Source: Deltaproteobacteria bacterium tcs-42 (GTDB lineage Bacteria; Desulfobacterota; Desulfuromonadia; Desulfuromonadales; Geopsychrobacteraceae). From it: DNA of 64,000 nt. Under the pieces are notes generated by a model. That model did no database searches. It worked only from the letters and a program-made list of their open reading frames with translations, and was not told the DNA's origin. The position numbers and the translations under genes were made by a program. The stretch is from positions 5,605-69,604 of the forward strand of contig LLYT01000001.1 in assembly GCA_002049545.1 (NCBI GenBank), written 5' to 3'. Positions 48,936 to 58,158 of the stretch are shown here, one piece after another (positions within the stretch are counted from its first letter, which is position 1; every line of letters begins with the position of its first letter).

Positions 48936-49255
48936 CTTTCTCCGATTATTTTTTTCTCTTCGCCGGGATGGGTCTGGTCACATATCTGCCACGCACCCTG
49001 CCGTTACTTTACCTTGCCCACAAACAACTTCCTCAATGGATGATTGACTGGCTCAGCTTGATTCCTGTTGCGGTATTGAGTGCTCTGTTGGCTCCCTCTT
49101 TATTTGTTGATGCCGAACACCGCAGTTTTTCACTGGGAAAGCCAGAACTCATCGTTGCAATTCCGACATTGATCTTTGCCTTGAAAACCCGTAGCCTCGG
49201 CGGCACCGTTCTGGTTGGTATGTTTTTGTACTGGTTGGCGGGAATTTTTATGTAG
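48932..49255 (+). CDS. azlD: AzlD family protein
   Basis: VTYLPRTLP, IPVAVLSALLAP; ATGA overlap with azlC. Confidence 0.88.
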   Translation: MTFSDYFFLFAGMGLVTYLPRTLPLLYLAHKQLPQWMIDWLSLIPVAVLSALLAPSLFVDAEHRSFSLGKPELIVAIPTLIFALKTRSLGGTVLVGMFLYWLAGIFM

Positions 49256-49318
49256 GGGCGCTGCTTGCCGCGCCCTTTTTTTGGTGACACCGACAGGGCG
49301 CAGCAAGCAGCGCCCCAC
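49252..49318. repeat. GTAG-type REP doublet (REPIN-like)
   Basis: GTAGGGGCGCTGCTTGCCGCGCCC ... GGGCGCAGCAAGCAGCGCCCCAC inverted pair. Confidence 0.75.
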
Positions 49319-49335
49319 ACACAGGAACACAACTA

Positions 49336-49638
49336 ATGAAATTAACCGGAAAACAAGCGCGTTATTTGCGCGGTTTGGGACATCACTTAAAACCAGTTGT
49401 CATGATCGGCAAAGACGAGGTCAACGAAGCCATTATTACCGCAACCGATGAAGCTTTGACGATTCATGAGCTGATAAAAGTAAAACTGCAGGATGGGTGC
49501 CTGGGGGATCGGAAAGATATTGCCGCAGAACTGGCAACAGCGACGGATTCGAGCGTTGCCCAAATTCTGGGGAAAAATTTCCTGTTGTATCGGCAATCAG
49601 AAGACCAGAAGATCAAACTTCCAGCTGGCAAATCATGA
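49336..49638 (+). CDS. yhbY: YhbY/CRM RNA-binding protein
   Basis: LTGKQARYLRGLGHHLKPVVMIGK, HELIKVK. Confidence 0.93.
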   Translation: MKLTGKQARYLRGLGHHLKPVVMIGKDEVNEAIITATDEALTIHELIKVKLQDGCLGDRKDIAAELATATDSSVAQILGKNFLLYRQSEDQKIKLPAGKS

Positions 49639-49641
49639 CCC

Positions 49642-50265
49642 ATGTTCCATTTTGATCTAACTCAAGAGCCACTGACAAACCGGGAACTGGAAGCAGAACG
49701 GCAGTCCATCAAAGAAATGCGCAGAACCCAGATCAAATACTCCTGTATTTCAGATGTACTGCACGCATTTGTCTTTATCGGTCTCTATTTCAATCATTTT
49801 CTTTCGGGATACGCGATTCTGCTTGCCGTTGCTCTAAGCACTGTCATTGCCCTTGTCCTGTCCACAACCTGTCGTGACAACCTGAAGGTAACCGACCAGA
49901 TTGCTATCGGAATCCTCTCGTTGGCGACGGCCAGCACCACCATGATAATTCTTGTCATGGCAATGCAACAAGCTCTTACCGGGAGTATTATAGCCGGCTT
50001 AACCACCGGCTCAATTGTTATTGTCGGAGCGACACTGGGTCGAAAAATCAAAAAGGTGCTGGCGACAATCGAAGCGATGAAGCCGATTATCGATGACAAT
50101 ATCGCGCACCAGGAAGTCATGACCCTCTGCCGCAAGTTTCCAGAATTGGAGACTTACCGCGAGTCAGCCGCTCGGTATCTGCGTCCTCACCTCACCTACG
50201 GAGAGTTGGAAGAGATGCGTAAGTGGATGGAAGGAAAACAGCAGAATAAAGCTGAAGCCGTTTAG
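49642..50265 (+). CDS. Hypothetical membrane protein
   Basis: Four hydrophobic segments; in operon with yhbY. Confidence 0.6.
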   Translation: MFHFDLTQEPLTNRELEAERQSIKEMRRTQIKYSCISDVLHAFVFIGLYFNHFLSGYAILLAVALSTVIALVLSTTCRDNLKVTDQIAIGILSLATASTTMIILVMAMQQALTGSIIAGLTTGSIVIVGATLGRKIKKVLATIEAMKPIIDDNIAHQEVMTLCRKFPELETYRESAARYLRPHLTYGELEEMRKWMEGKQQNKAEAV

Positions 50266-50309
50266 CCCTCCCCTTTTCAGTCTACCAGCCCTCAGCCTGC
50301 CGCCTGATT

Positions 50310-51443
50310 TCAAGCTCTCTCAAACGGCTCATACAGCTTTTTATACTCATCCTGAGCATAACGATCGGTCATGCTGGCAATGTAGTCACAAATCACCCGT
50401 TCGGTTCCATATTTTTCAAATCTTTGTTGATGTCGTTCCGGCAACAGGGTTGGGTTTTGTATATAATTTTCAAACAACAGGGTCAGAAAACGCTCAGCCT
50501 TGACTCTCATCCGCTCAACTTTTGAATGTCGGTAAAGACGCTGGTAGAGAAATTTTTTCAATTGCTGATTCATCTCACTCATACCAGGGCTGAAACTGAC
50601 AAGATTTTCAGGCTGCCTACGAACATCTTCCAACGTTGAAATCTGATGATGTTGCAGGTTGCCCGTTGTCGTATTCACCAGATCATGAATCAATTCGCCA
50701 ATCAGGTAGCTGATCGTTTGCAGAATCTGGCGTTTATCATCTAATCCCGGAAACTTTTCCCCGATCATCAAGTAGGTCTGCTGCCACAATTCAACCTCTT
50801 CAAGATCTTTCAGCGTAATGTATCCAGCCATCAAACCATCATCGATATCGTGGTTGTTGTAGGCAATTTCATCGGCCAGATCGATAATTTGCGCTTCAAG
50901 GGGGGCCCGTTGTTCAGGATCATAAGGGAGAATCGCCTTTTTGCCAGCCCGGTCATAATCGGATGAATGTTTGATGATCCCCTCTCTGGTTTCCCAGCTC
51001 AGATTAAGACCGTCAAAACCGGGATAGCGTTGCTCAAGGTGTTCCACAATCCGCAATGATTGTTGATTGTGCTCAAAGCCACCAAAATCTTGCATCAGTC
51101 GTTTGAGAACATGTTCACCGGTGTGCCCGAATGGAGTATGCCCAAGGTCATGCGACAATGCCAGTGCCTCAACCAGATCTTCGTTCAGATGTAAATTCCG
51201 GGCAATACCACGGGCGATCTGCGCAACCTCCAGAGAGTGGGTCAAACGGGTGCGATAATAATCCCCTTCATGATTGACAAAAACCTGAGTTTTATATTCC
51301 AGCCGCCGAAATGCCGCACAATGGATAATTCGATCCCGATCCCGTTCAAATACCAACCGTTCATCCTTAAACGGCTCATCATACTCACGACCACGACTTT
51401 GATCACTGCGAGCGGCAAAATCTGCTAATCCATGTTCACGCAT
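50310..51443 (-). CDS. dgt: Deoxyguanosinetriphosphate triphosphohydrolase
   Basis: RRLEYKTQVF, RTRLTHSLEV, HDLGHTPFGH (HD), DYIASMTD; start moved to ATG 51443. Confidence 0.95.
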   Translation of the reverse strand: MREHGLADFAARSDQSRGREYDEPFKDERLVFERDRDRIIHCAAFRRLEYKTQVFVNHEGDYYRTRLTHSLEVAQIARGIARNLHLNEDLVEALALSHDLGHTPFGHTGEHVLKRLMQDFGGFEHNQQSLRIVEHLEQRYPGFDGLNLSWETREGIIKHSSDYDRAGKKAILPYDPEQRAPLEAQIIDLADEIAYNNHDIDDGLMAGYITLKDLEEVELWQQTYLMIGEKFPGLDDKRQILQTISYLIGELIHDLVNTTTGNLQHHQISTLEDVRRQPENLVSFSPGMSEMNQQLKKFLYQRLYRHSKVERMRVKAERFLTLLFENYIQNPTLLPERHQQRFEKYGTERVICDYIASMTDRYAQDEYKKLYEPFERA

Positions 51444-51593
51444 AAAAAACCTCCTACTGATCCTAACTTGATTACAAATCAAAGAATACACTATCAGCAT
51501 GACAAAATAAGTCACACTTAAAATCAGTTGATTTTGGTAGTATATCAGGAGGGTATCCCGTCCAGGCAATCATTCAATGCTTGCGATAATAAA

Positions 51594-51629
51594 ATGAACG
51601 ACCCTGCAGCAAGCAGCAGGGTCGTTCAT
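51594..51629. terminator. Strong hairpin downstream of rocD (terminator or REP-like)
   Basis: ATGAACGACCCTGC-N8-GCAGGGTCGTTCAT perfect 14-bp stem. Confidence 0.55.
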
Positions 51630-51705
51630 CAGTTACGGGCGTGGTAGTTATTGACTTTTTTTTCAAAACCGTTGGACACTGAATGCAAACAATACTGCTG
51701 AATAT

Positions 51706-52980
51706 CTACAGAAGAACCCGCTCCAGGTGTTTAACCAGAAAATCAATCTCTTCATCGCTGATATTAAGTGGTGGGGAAATGCGGATTGTGTGACCATGAC
51801 TGTCATTGACAATCAATCCAAGATCGAGAAGCTGACGACAGAAATCCATAGCATTTCCTTTAACAACTTCGATCCCGATAAACAGCCCTTTCCCGCGCAC
51901 TTCTTTGACATGTGGAGATTTTTCGGCAATTTTTTCGATGGCTGCTTTCAGTTTTTTCCCCTGCAGGGCTGAACTTTCAACCAGTTTTTCTTCTTCTATG
52001 ACGGTCAGAGCAGCAATCCCGGCAATGCAGGCGAGTGGGTAGCCACCGAAAGTCGACCCATCAGAACCGACCTTGAACGCCATATCCATCAACTCACTGT
52101 TGGTCATGAAAATCGACAGTGGCACCAAACCACCCGATAAAGCCTTTCCAAGAACCAGACCATCAGGTACGACATTTTCATGCTCAAAGCAGAAACGTTT
52201 TCCGGTACGCCCCAGACCAACCTGAATTTCATCAAAAACCAGCAGCAGATCTTCTTGATCAGCAATATCCCTTAAACCTTGCAGAAATCCCTGCGGGGGA
52301 ACCAGCATACCGCCCTCCCCTTGCATCGGCTCAACCAGGATACCGCAGGTGTTTTTATTCACCAGTTTTTTAACATCTTCAAGATTGCCGAATTCTGCCG
52401 AAACAAATCCGGGTGTCAGCGGCCCGAACCCTTCCCGGTATTTTTTTGTCGAGGAGAAAGAAATAACGGTGATCATGCGACCGTGAAAATTATTGTCGAA
52501 GATGATAATTTCTTGTTTGCCATCTTCAATCCCTTTTTTCTTCCAGCCGTAATAACGCATCATCTTGATGGCCGTTTCAACCGATTCTACCCCTCCGTTC
52601 TTGGGCAACACCTTATTCCCTTTATTACCGAAACGGGGAGCAAGCTGCGGAGCAAAATTGGCGGCTTTTTCAAGGAAGACACCAAGGGGATCGGTATAGA
52701 CAACATTTGAGATAACTGATGCATAGTTACCAATCAATGCTTCAGTCATAGCATGAACTATTTTCGGATGATGATGTCCAGGATTTGCTGCCGAATAAGC
52801 CGCCAGACAATCAAGATACTGACGTCCGCTGGCATCGGTCAACCAACATCCTTTAGCCTGACGTACAACCAGATTCAGCCGGTCGTAATGGTGGGCACCA
52901 TAAGTTTCCTCAAAATTAACAATTTTATCGTCAGCTACCGTTGCGCAGGCTGACATTAAACCGATATTGGGATTATACAT
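51706..52980 (-). CDS. rocD: Ornithine aminotransferase-like class III omega-aminotransferase
   Basis: AYSAANPGHHHP, NFHGR, EPMQGEGG, DEIQVGLGRTG, LGKALSGG; AAGGAG RBS before ATG 52980. Confidence 0.85.
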   Translation of the reverse strand: MYNPNIGLMSACATVADDKIVNFEETYGAHHYDRLNLVVRQAKGCWLTDASGRQYLDCLAAYSAANPGHHHPKIVHAMTEALIGNYASVISNVVYTDPLGVFLEKAANFAPQLAPRFGNKGNKVLPKNGGVESVETAIKMMRYYGWKKKGIEDGKQEIIIFDNNFHGRMITVISFSSTKKYREGFGPLTPGFVSAEFGNLEDVKKLVNKNTCGILVEPMQGEGGMLVPPQGFLQGLRDIADQEDLLLVFDEIQVGLGRTGKRFCFEHENVVPDGLVLGKALSGGLVPLSIFMTNSELMDMAFKVGSDGSTFGGYPLACIAGIAALTVIEEEKLVESSALQGKKLKAAIEKIAEKSPHVKEVRGKGLFIGIEVVKGNAMDFCRQLLDLGLIVNDSHGHTIRISPPLNISDEEIDFLVKHLERVLL

Positions 52981-53138
52981 GGCGACTCCTTGATGAAAAA
53001 TCATACAAACAGTATGTGTTGCTACCTAGATAACAACATACCATAAAGAGAGTATTTGTCAATAATTTTGCTAACTATGCTATGCTTGGCTGGTGTCACA
53101 TTTGACGGCAAGTTGGCTGCTGTATTGAAGGAGAGTAA

Positions 53139-53927
53139 ATGGTGGAATCATACATAATGACTGAATTTGGTTTTTCACAGTATGAAACATCCTGCTATAT
53201 GGCGCTGGTAGCTCACCATCCATCAAATGGATCGCAGCTGAGCAAGCTTTCAGGAATTGCCCGATCCCGAATTTATGATGTACTGAACACCCTGAGTCGC
53301 AAAGGGCTGGTTTTTGAAATAGAACAGGGGAAGTATGTTCCGTTGCCACCCCAGGAACTGAAAAAACGGCTGAAAAGCCGATTCGAATCAAATCTTCACA
53401 GTTTTGCAGAAGAGCTCGAAGCAGCGACAACTGTGACAGAATACGAATATATTCTAACCCTGAGGGGATATGACGAAGTCATTCAAAAAGCTATTGAAAT
53501 TATTGATCATGCTGAAAAAGAACTCTATATCAGGCTATTTCCACCCTGCGGAAAAAAACTTGCCCCGCATATAGATAAAGCCGCCGCACGGGGGGTCGGA
53601 ATCCGCTATGTCTGCATGGGTTCCATGGTGCACAATTTTGAGATTCAGATCGAGCATCCCGATTCACAGGAGCTGATTCATAAAATTGGCGGAGAGTCGG
53701 TTGATATCATTGCTGATAAAGAAGAAGCGCTGATCGGGATGTTCGAACTGGGGAAAGAAGACCTTTCCCCGTTTATCTGGACCAAGAACAAATGGTTTGT
53801 GATCGGCAATCGTGACAGTTTGCGGCACGATTTTTACCACTATTTTCTCAATAAAACCTATGACTGCAACGAACAACTTACCGTTGAGGAAAAGAACATC
53901 TACGAATTTATCAAAGCTGATGAGTGA
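53139..53927 (+). CDS. TrmB family transcriptional regulator
   Basis: FGFSQYETSCY, SGIARSRIYDVLNTLSRKGLV wHTH plus effector domain. Confidence 0.85.
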   Translation: MVESYIMTEFGFSQYETSCYMALVAHHPSNGSQLSKLSGIARSRIYDVLNTLSRKGLVFEIEQGKYVPLPPQELKKRLKSRFESNLHSFAEELEAATTVTEYEYILTLRGYDEVIQKAIEIIDHAEKELYIRLFPPCGKKLAPHIDKAAARGVGIRYVCMGSMVHNFEIQIEHPDSQELIHKIGGESVDIIADKEEALIGMFELGKEDLSPFIWTKNKWFVIGNRDSLRHDFYHYFLNKTYDCNEQLTVEEKNIYEFIKADE

Positions 53928-53986
53928 TGGTTTTCACTCCCGGATGACGCTGCCGGAATGAAACAGGTTATTTGAGAGATTTCAGC

Positions 53987-54106
53987 AAAATCGGGACTGT
54001 CCCCGCATGGGGGCTGTCCCAGACTTTTGCGGCGCAACCCACTACAGTTTCATGATCCGTAAATATCCGGGACTGCCCCCGATGAACCCGGGACAGTCCC
54101 GAATTT
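53987..54106. repeat. Palindromic element with four GGGAC(T/A)GTCCC-type motifs
   Basis: Copies at 53993, 54010, 54069, 54090; outer arms AAATCGGGACTGTCCC / GGGACAGTCCCGAATTT inverted. Confidence 0.7.
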
Positions 54107-54107
54107 A

Positions 54108-55307
54108 CTACACCCGTTCAAGAACCAGAGAAACTCCCTGTCCGACCCCAACACACATAGTACACAAAGCCCGCTTGGCACCGCTGTGCAAAAGCTGATG
54201 AGCCGCCGTGGTCGCAAGCCGGGCACCACTCATTCCCAAAGGATGTCCCAGAGCAATAGCCCCACCAAGAGGATTGATCCGCAGGTCATCATCGGCAATA
54301 CCAAGCTCACGGGTACAGGCCAGAGATTGCGCTGCAAAAGCTTCATTCAATTCGATAATATCAAAATCATTAAACCCCAGACCAAGCCGTTTTAACAATT
54401 TTTGTGTCGCTGGAACCGGGCCGAGCCCCATGATACGCGGTGGCACACCGGCCGAAGCCATACCACATATCCTGGCTACAGGCTTGAGGTTATACCGCGT
54501 GGCAGCCTGCTCCGAAGCAATCAGCAATGCTGCCGCACCATCATTAACCCCAGATGCATTCCCCGCAGTAACCGTACCGTCAGGAAACAGAACTTTGAGT
54601 TGACTCAACTTTTCCAGTGAAGTTAAACGCGGATGTTCATCCTTATCAACAATCACAGCCTCACCTTTACGCTGCGGAACCCGGACCGACACAATCTCAT
54701 GCGCCAACCGTCCGTCAGCCTGGGCAGCAGCCGCCTTGCTCTGGCTCCAATGGGCAAATTGATCCTGATCTTCACGACTGATTTTGAATTCACGAGCGAG
54801 ATTCTCTGCCGTTTCGGGCATTGAATCGGTACCGTAGAGAGCTTTGAACTGCGGATTAATAAAGCGCCAGCCAATGGTCGTGTCATAAACCTCGGCGTTG
54901 CGGGAGAAAGCAGTTGTCGCCTTGCCGATAACAAAAGGGGCCCTGGACATGCTCTCTACACCACCGGCAATAATCAATTCAGCATCTCCGGCTTTGATTG
55001 CCTGAGCAGCACTACCAACAGCATTAAGACCAGAAGCACAGAGGCAATTGATGGTACTGGCAGGTACACTGACAGGTAATTCTGCCAGCAGTGAAGCCAT
55101 CCGAGCCACATTGCGATTATCTTCACCCGCCTGGTTAGCACAACCAAGAACCACATCATCAACCGCTTCCCAGTCGACATCAGGATTGCGTGCCATCAAT
55201 GCTTTGAGTGGGACGACAGCCAGATCGTCAGGACGCACAGAAGAAAGTGAACCGCCATAGCGTCCGACGGGAGTACGGATTGCATCACAAATAAATACTT
55301 CACTCAT
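54108..55307 (-). CDS. pcaF: 3-oxoadipyl-CoA thiolase-like (PcaF/PaaJ clade)
   Basis: GCANQAGEDNRNVARM, ESMSRAPFV, DTTIGWRF, NEAFA, GHPLGMSG, CVGVGQG. Confidence 0.85.
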   Translation of the reverse strand: MSEVFICDAIRTPVGRYGGSLSSVRPDDLAVVPLKALMARNPDVDWEAVDDVVLGCANQAGEDNRNVARMASLLAELPVSVPASTINCLCASGLNAVGSAAQAIKAGDAELIIAGGVESMSRAPFVIGKATTAFSRNAEVYDTTIGWRFINPQFKALYGTDSMPETAENLAREFKISREDQDQFAHWSQSKAAAAQADGRLAHEIVSVRVPQRKGEAVIVDKDEHPRLTSLEKLSQLKVLFPDGTVTAGNASGVNDGAAALLIASEQAATRYNLKPVARICGMASAGVPPRIMGLGPVPATQKLLKRLGLGFNDFDIIELNEAFAAQSLACTRELGIADDDLRINPLGGAIALGHPLGMSGARLATTAAHQLLHSGAKRALCTMCVGVGQGVSLVLERV

Positions 55308-55342
55308 AAATCAAGCTCCAATGGGCAGGTTTTCAACCAATG

Positions 55343-56671
55343 TTACAGCTTTGCCTTAATTTTACGGAAGCCACCAAGCATAACCTCAGTCAGGATATCA
55401 ATTTCATTATCAGTGATTGCCGTCGAGAGAACTCCGGAGCAGGTATTGATCATCATCAGGCCGTTATCAAACAGGTGATCGAGCATGATTTCAAGGTGAC
55501 GATTTTCAGCTTCGCTCATGAATGCTTCACGGTAATTCGCCGGGGCAGTTGCTTTCATATGGACCCGGAACATCGATCCGCCACCTGTGACGCAGGCGGG
55601 AACAGCGGCAATATTTATTGCTTCAGCGATACTGCTACGAGCTCGGTCTGCCAAACGGTTAAGTTTCTCCACCGCGGCTTGATCAAACAACTCCATCGAA
55701 ACCCGTCCTGCGGTCATGGTGATTGGGTTTGCAGAGAAAGTTCCGGAAAGGGGAAAAACTATATTATCAACCAGAGGATTCATCACCTCCATAATCTCTT
55801 TTCGACCAGCGATAGCTCCAACCGGGAACCCGCCACCGATCATCTTTCCCATGGCAGTCAAGTCTGGATGAATATCGTACCACTGTTGCGCACCACCATA
55901 ATTGGAACGAAATGAAATCACTTCGTCATACACCAGCAGGGTATTATTTCTACGAGTCCAATCGTAAAGAGCCTGGATAAAATCTGCAGTGGCAGGGACA
56001 AGTCCGACCCGGTGGGGCAGTAGATCAATCAATACACAGGAGAGCTCAGCAGCATGATGATCAAGAATTTCAATCGCCCTTTCTGGATCATTAAAAGGGA
56101 TGATAACGACATCATTCAGCGCAGAAGCTGGGGTCCCCCGGGAGACGGTAACACTTACGGGGTTTTTCGCATCACCCCAGTTTGACGGCGCTGCCGTCTG
56201 GCTGACTTCAGCATAATCGTAGAGCCCGTGGTAAGCCCCTTCCACCTTGGCAATTTTGGGTCGACCGGTATAAGCTCTGGCTGCCTTCAGGCAACTCATC
56301 ACCGCCTCGGTTCCGGAATTAACAAACCGAACCTTATCAAAGCCGCGATTACGACTGCACAGATGCTCGGCATAGAGAATCTCTGCTTCGGTTGCCAGGG
56401 TGAATGCTGTCCCCTTCTGCAATTGTTCTGTAACGGCTGCAATAACTTGTGGATGAGCGTGGCCATGAATCAAGGACGCCATATTGTTGGCAAAATCGAT
56501 CCGCTTGACTCCCTCAATATCGGTGACGTAGCAACCCTCGCCCCGTTCAGCGTACAGGGGATGTGGGCTACGTAGCACCGTATTGCGACTGACCCCGCCA
56601 GGCATAACCTGACAACCACGTTGATAGAGTTTTGCACTTCTGGAGGGTTCTGTTTTGATGCCATTTTCCAT
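55343..56671 (-). CDS. Class III PLP aminotransferase, GSA-aminomutase/beta-transaminase-like
   Basis: MPGGVSR, FVNSGTEA, YHG, DEVISFR, AMGKMIGGGFPVGA, SGTFSANP; divergent from true HemL. Confidence 0.8.
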   Translation of the reverse strand: MENGIKTEPSRSAKLYQRGCQVMPGGVSRNTVLRSPHPLYAERGEGCYVTDIEGVKRIDFANNMASLIHGHAHPQVIAAVTEQLQKGTAFTLATEAEILYAEHLCSRNRGFDKVRFVNSGTEAVMSCLKAARAYTGRPKIAKVEGAYHGLYDYAEVSQTAAPSNWGDAKNPVSVTVSRGTPASALNDVVIIPFNDPERAIEILDHHAAELSCVLIDLLPHRVGLVPATADFIQALYDWTRRNNTLLVYDEVISFRSNYGGAQQWYDIHPDLTAMGKMIGGGFPVGAIAGRKEIMEVMNPLVDNIVFPLSGTFSANPITMTAGRVSMELFDQAAVEKLNRLADRARSSIAEAINIAAVPACVTGGGSMFRVHMKATAPANYREAFMSEAENRHLEIMLDHLFDNGLMMINTCSGVLSTAITDNEIDILTEVMLGGFRKIKAKL

Positions 56672-56680
56672 ATGCGAAAC

Positions 56681-57337
56681 CTACCCTTTTGCAGGCAATA
56701 ATTTGCCAGCTGTTCTCTGCTGGACGTAATCAAAACTGACACCTGGAGCCAATTCCAAAACCTTGAAACCTGCCGGAGTCACGTCCAGTACCGCAAGGTC
56801 GGTGTAAATTCGATCAACAACATTTTTCCCGGTGAGTGGATAGGTGCACGATTCAACCAGCTTAGGACCTCCATCCGTGGTACAGTGCTGAGTGATAACA
56901 TAAATAGTTTTAACCCCGGCGACCAGATCCATGGCGCCACCCACTGCAGGAATGGCATCAGGTTCACCGGTTGACCAGTTAGCCAGATCCCCCTGTTCGG
57001 AAATCTGCATTGCCCCCAAAACACAAACATCGATGTGCTGGCCACGAATCATAGCGAAGCTGTCGGCATGGTGAAAGAATGCGGCGCCAGGAATTGTGGT
57101 CACTGCCTTCTTCCCCGCGTTGATCAACTCTGGATCTTCTCCCCCTGAAGCAGGAACAGGCCCCATTCCCAGCAGACCATTTTCGGTATGATAGATCACC
57201 TCACGCCCTTCCGGGACATGCTGGGCAACCTTCTCGGGGATACCAATACCCAGATTGACATACGAACCATCAGGAATATCCAAGGCAGCCCGTTTGGCCA
57301 TCTCATCCCTGTTCCAGCCGATAATATCTGCTGTCAT
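56681..57337 (-). CDS. pcaJ: 3-oxoacid CoA-transferase subunit B (PcaJ-like)
   Basis: VNLGIGIP, HTENG catalytic Glu, VGGAMDLV. Confidence 0.82.
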   Translation of the reverse strand: MTADIIGWNRDEMAKRAALDIPDGSYVNLGIGIPEKVAQHVPEGREVIYHTENGLLGMGPVPASGGEDPELINAGKKAVTTIPGAAFFHHADSFAMIRGQHIDVCVLGAMQISEQGDLANWSTGEPDAIPAVGGAMDLVAGVKTIYVITQHCTTDGGPKLVESCTYPLTGKNVVDRIYTDLAVLDVTPAGFKVLELAPGVSFDYVQQRTAGKLLPAKG

Positions 57338-58044
57338 GGATAAAATCTCCCTTCAGCAACCAGCTTTGATTCCTGCTCCGGGTTAGCGACAGTGACAATA
57401 CGGTCAACAAAAATTCCAGGGGTCACAACAATTTCGGGATCAATCTCACCAGCGGTAACCATCCTCTCGGCCTGAACAATCGTGGTCTCTGCCGCCATCG
57501 CCATGATCGGGGCAAAGTTACGTGCGGTTTTGTTGTAGATCAGGTTGCCATAGCGATCGGCCTGTTTAGATTTAATCAGGGCAAAATCGGCTTTCAAACC
57601 ATATTCCATAACGTAGTCACGACCAGCAAAATGACGTTGCTCTTTTCCCTCTGCCAGCGGGGTTCCAACAGAAGTCGCAGTGTAAAAAGCCGGAACACCA
57701 GCACCACCGGCACGAATCCGTTCAGCCAGGGTTCCCTGGGGTACCAGTTCCAGATCTATTTTGCCGCTGCGGTACAATTCGGGGAATACCTTGGAACCGA
57801 CGGTGCGTGGATAGGAGCAGATCATTTTGGCGACCCGGCCATTTTCAATCAAAGCTGCCAACCCGACGTGACCGCTGCCGGTATTATTATTCACCACGGT
57901 CAGGTTTTGAGCCCCTTGATCAATCAAGGCATGGATCAGCTCAATCGGACTTCCTGCCTCACCGAATCCACCAATCATCACGGTCGCGCCATCAAAGATA
58001 TCGGCAACCGCTTTCGCCGGTGAATCAACTTGTTTATCAATCAT
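57334..58044 (-). CDS. pcaI: 3-oxoacid CoA-transferase subunit A (PcaI-like)
   Basis: DGATVMIGGFG, PQGTLAERIRAGGAG, KTARNFAPIMA; start moved to ATG 58044. Confidence 0.82.
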   Translation of the reverse strand: MIDKQVDSPAKAVADIFDGATVMIGGFGEAGSPIELIHALIDQGAQNLTVVNNNTGSGHVGLAALIENGRVAKMICSYPRTVGSKVFPELYRSGKIDLELVPQGTLAERIRAGGAGVPAFYTATSVGTPLAEGKEQRHFAGRDYVMEYGLKADFALIKSKQADRYGNLIYNKTARNFAPIMAMAAETTIVQAERMVTAGEIDPEIVVTPGIFVDRIVTVANPEQESKLVAEGRFYP

Positions 58045-58118
58045 CTTGAAAAACCATCCGTTTATCCATATCAGGGGCGAGCCACCGTCCCCGTCCATTT
58101 TTTGATCCCGACATTATC

Positions 58119-58152
58119 CATCGATGGACAACCACGGGGGGGCTGCACCTAC
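58119..58152. repeat. Degenerate GTAG-type REP
   Basis: Minus strand GTAGGTGCAGCCCCCCCGTGGTTGTCC; decayed partner near 58073-58096. Confidence 0.35.
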
Positions 58153-58158
58153 AACAAA

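Noticed and set aside
55343-56671. Calling this gene hemL
   Set aside because: It is divergent from HemL and sits in a catabolic operon with no heme genes.
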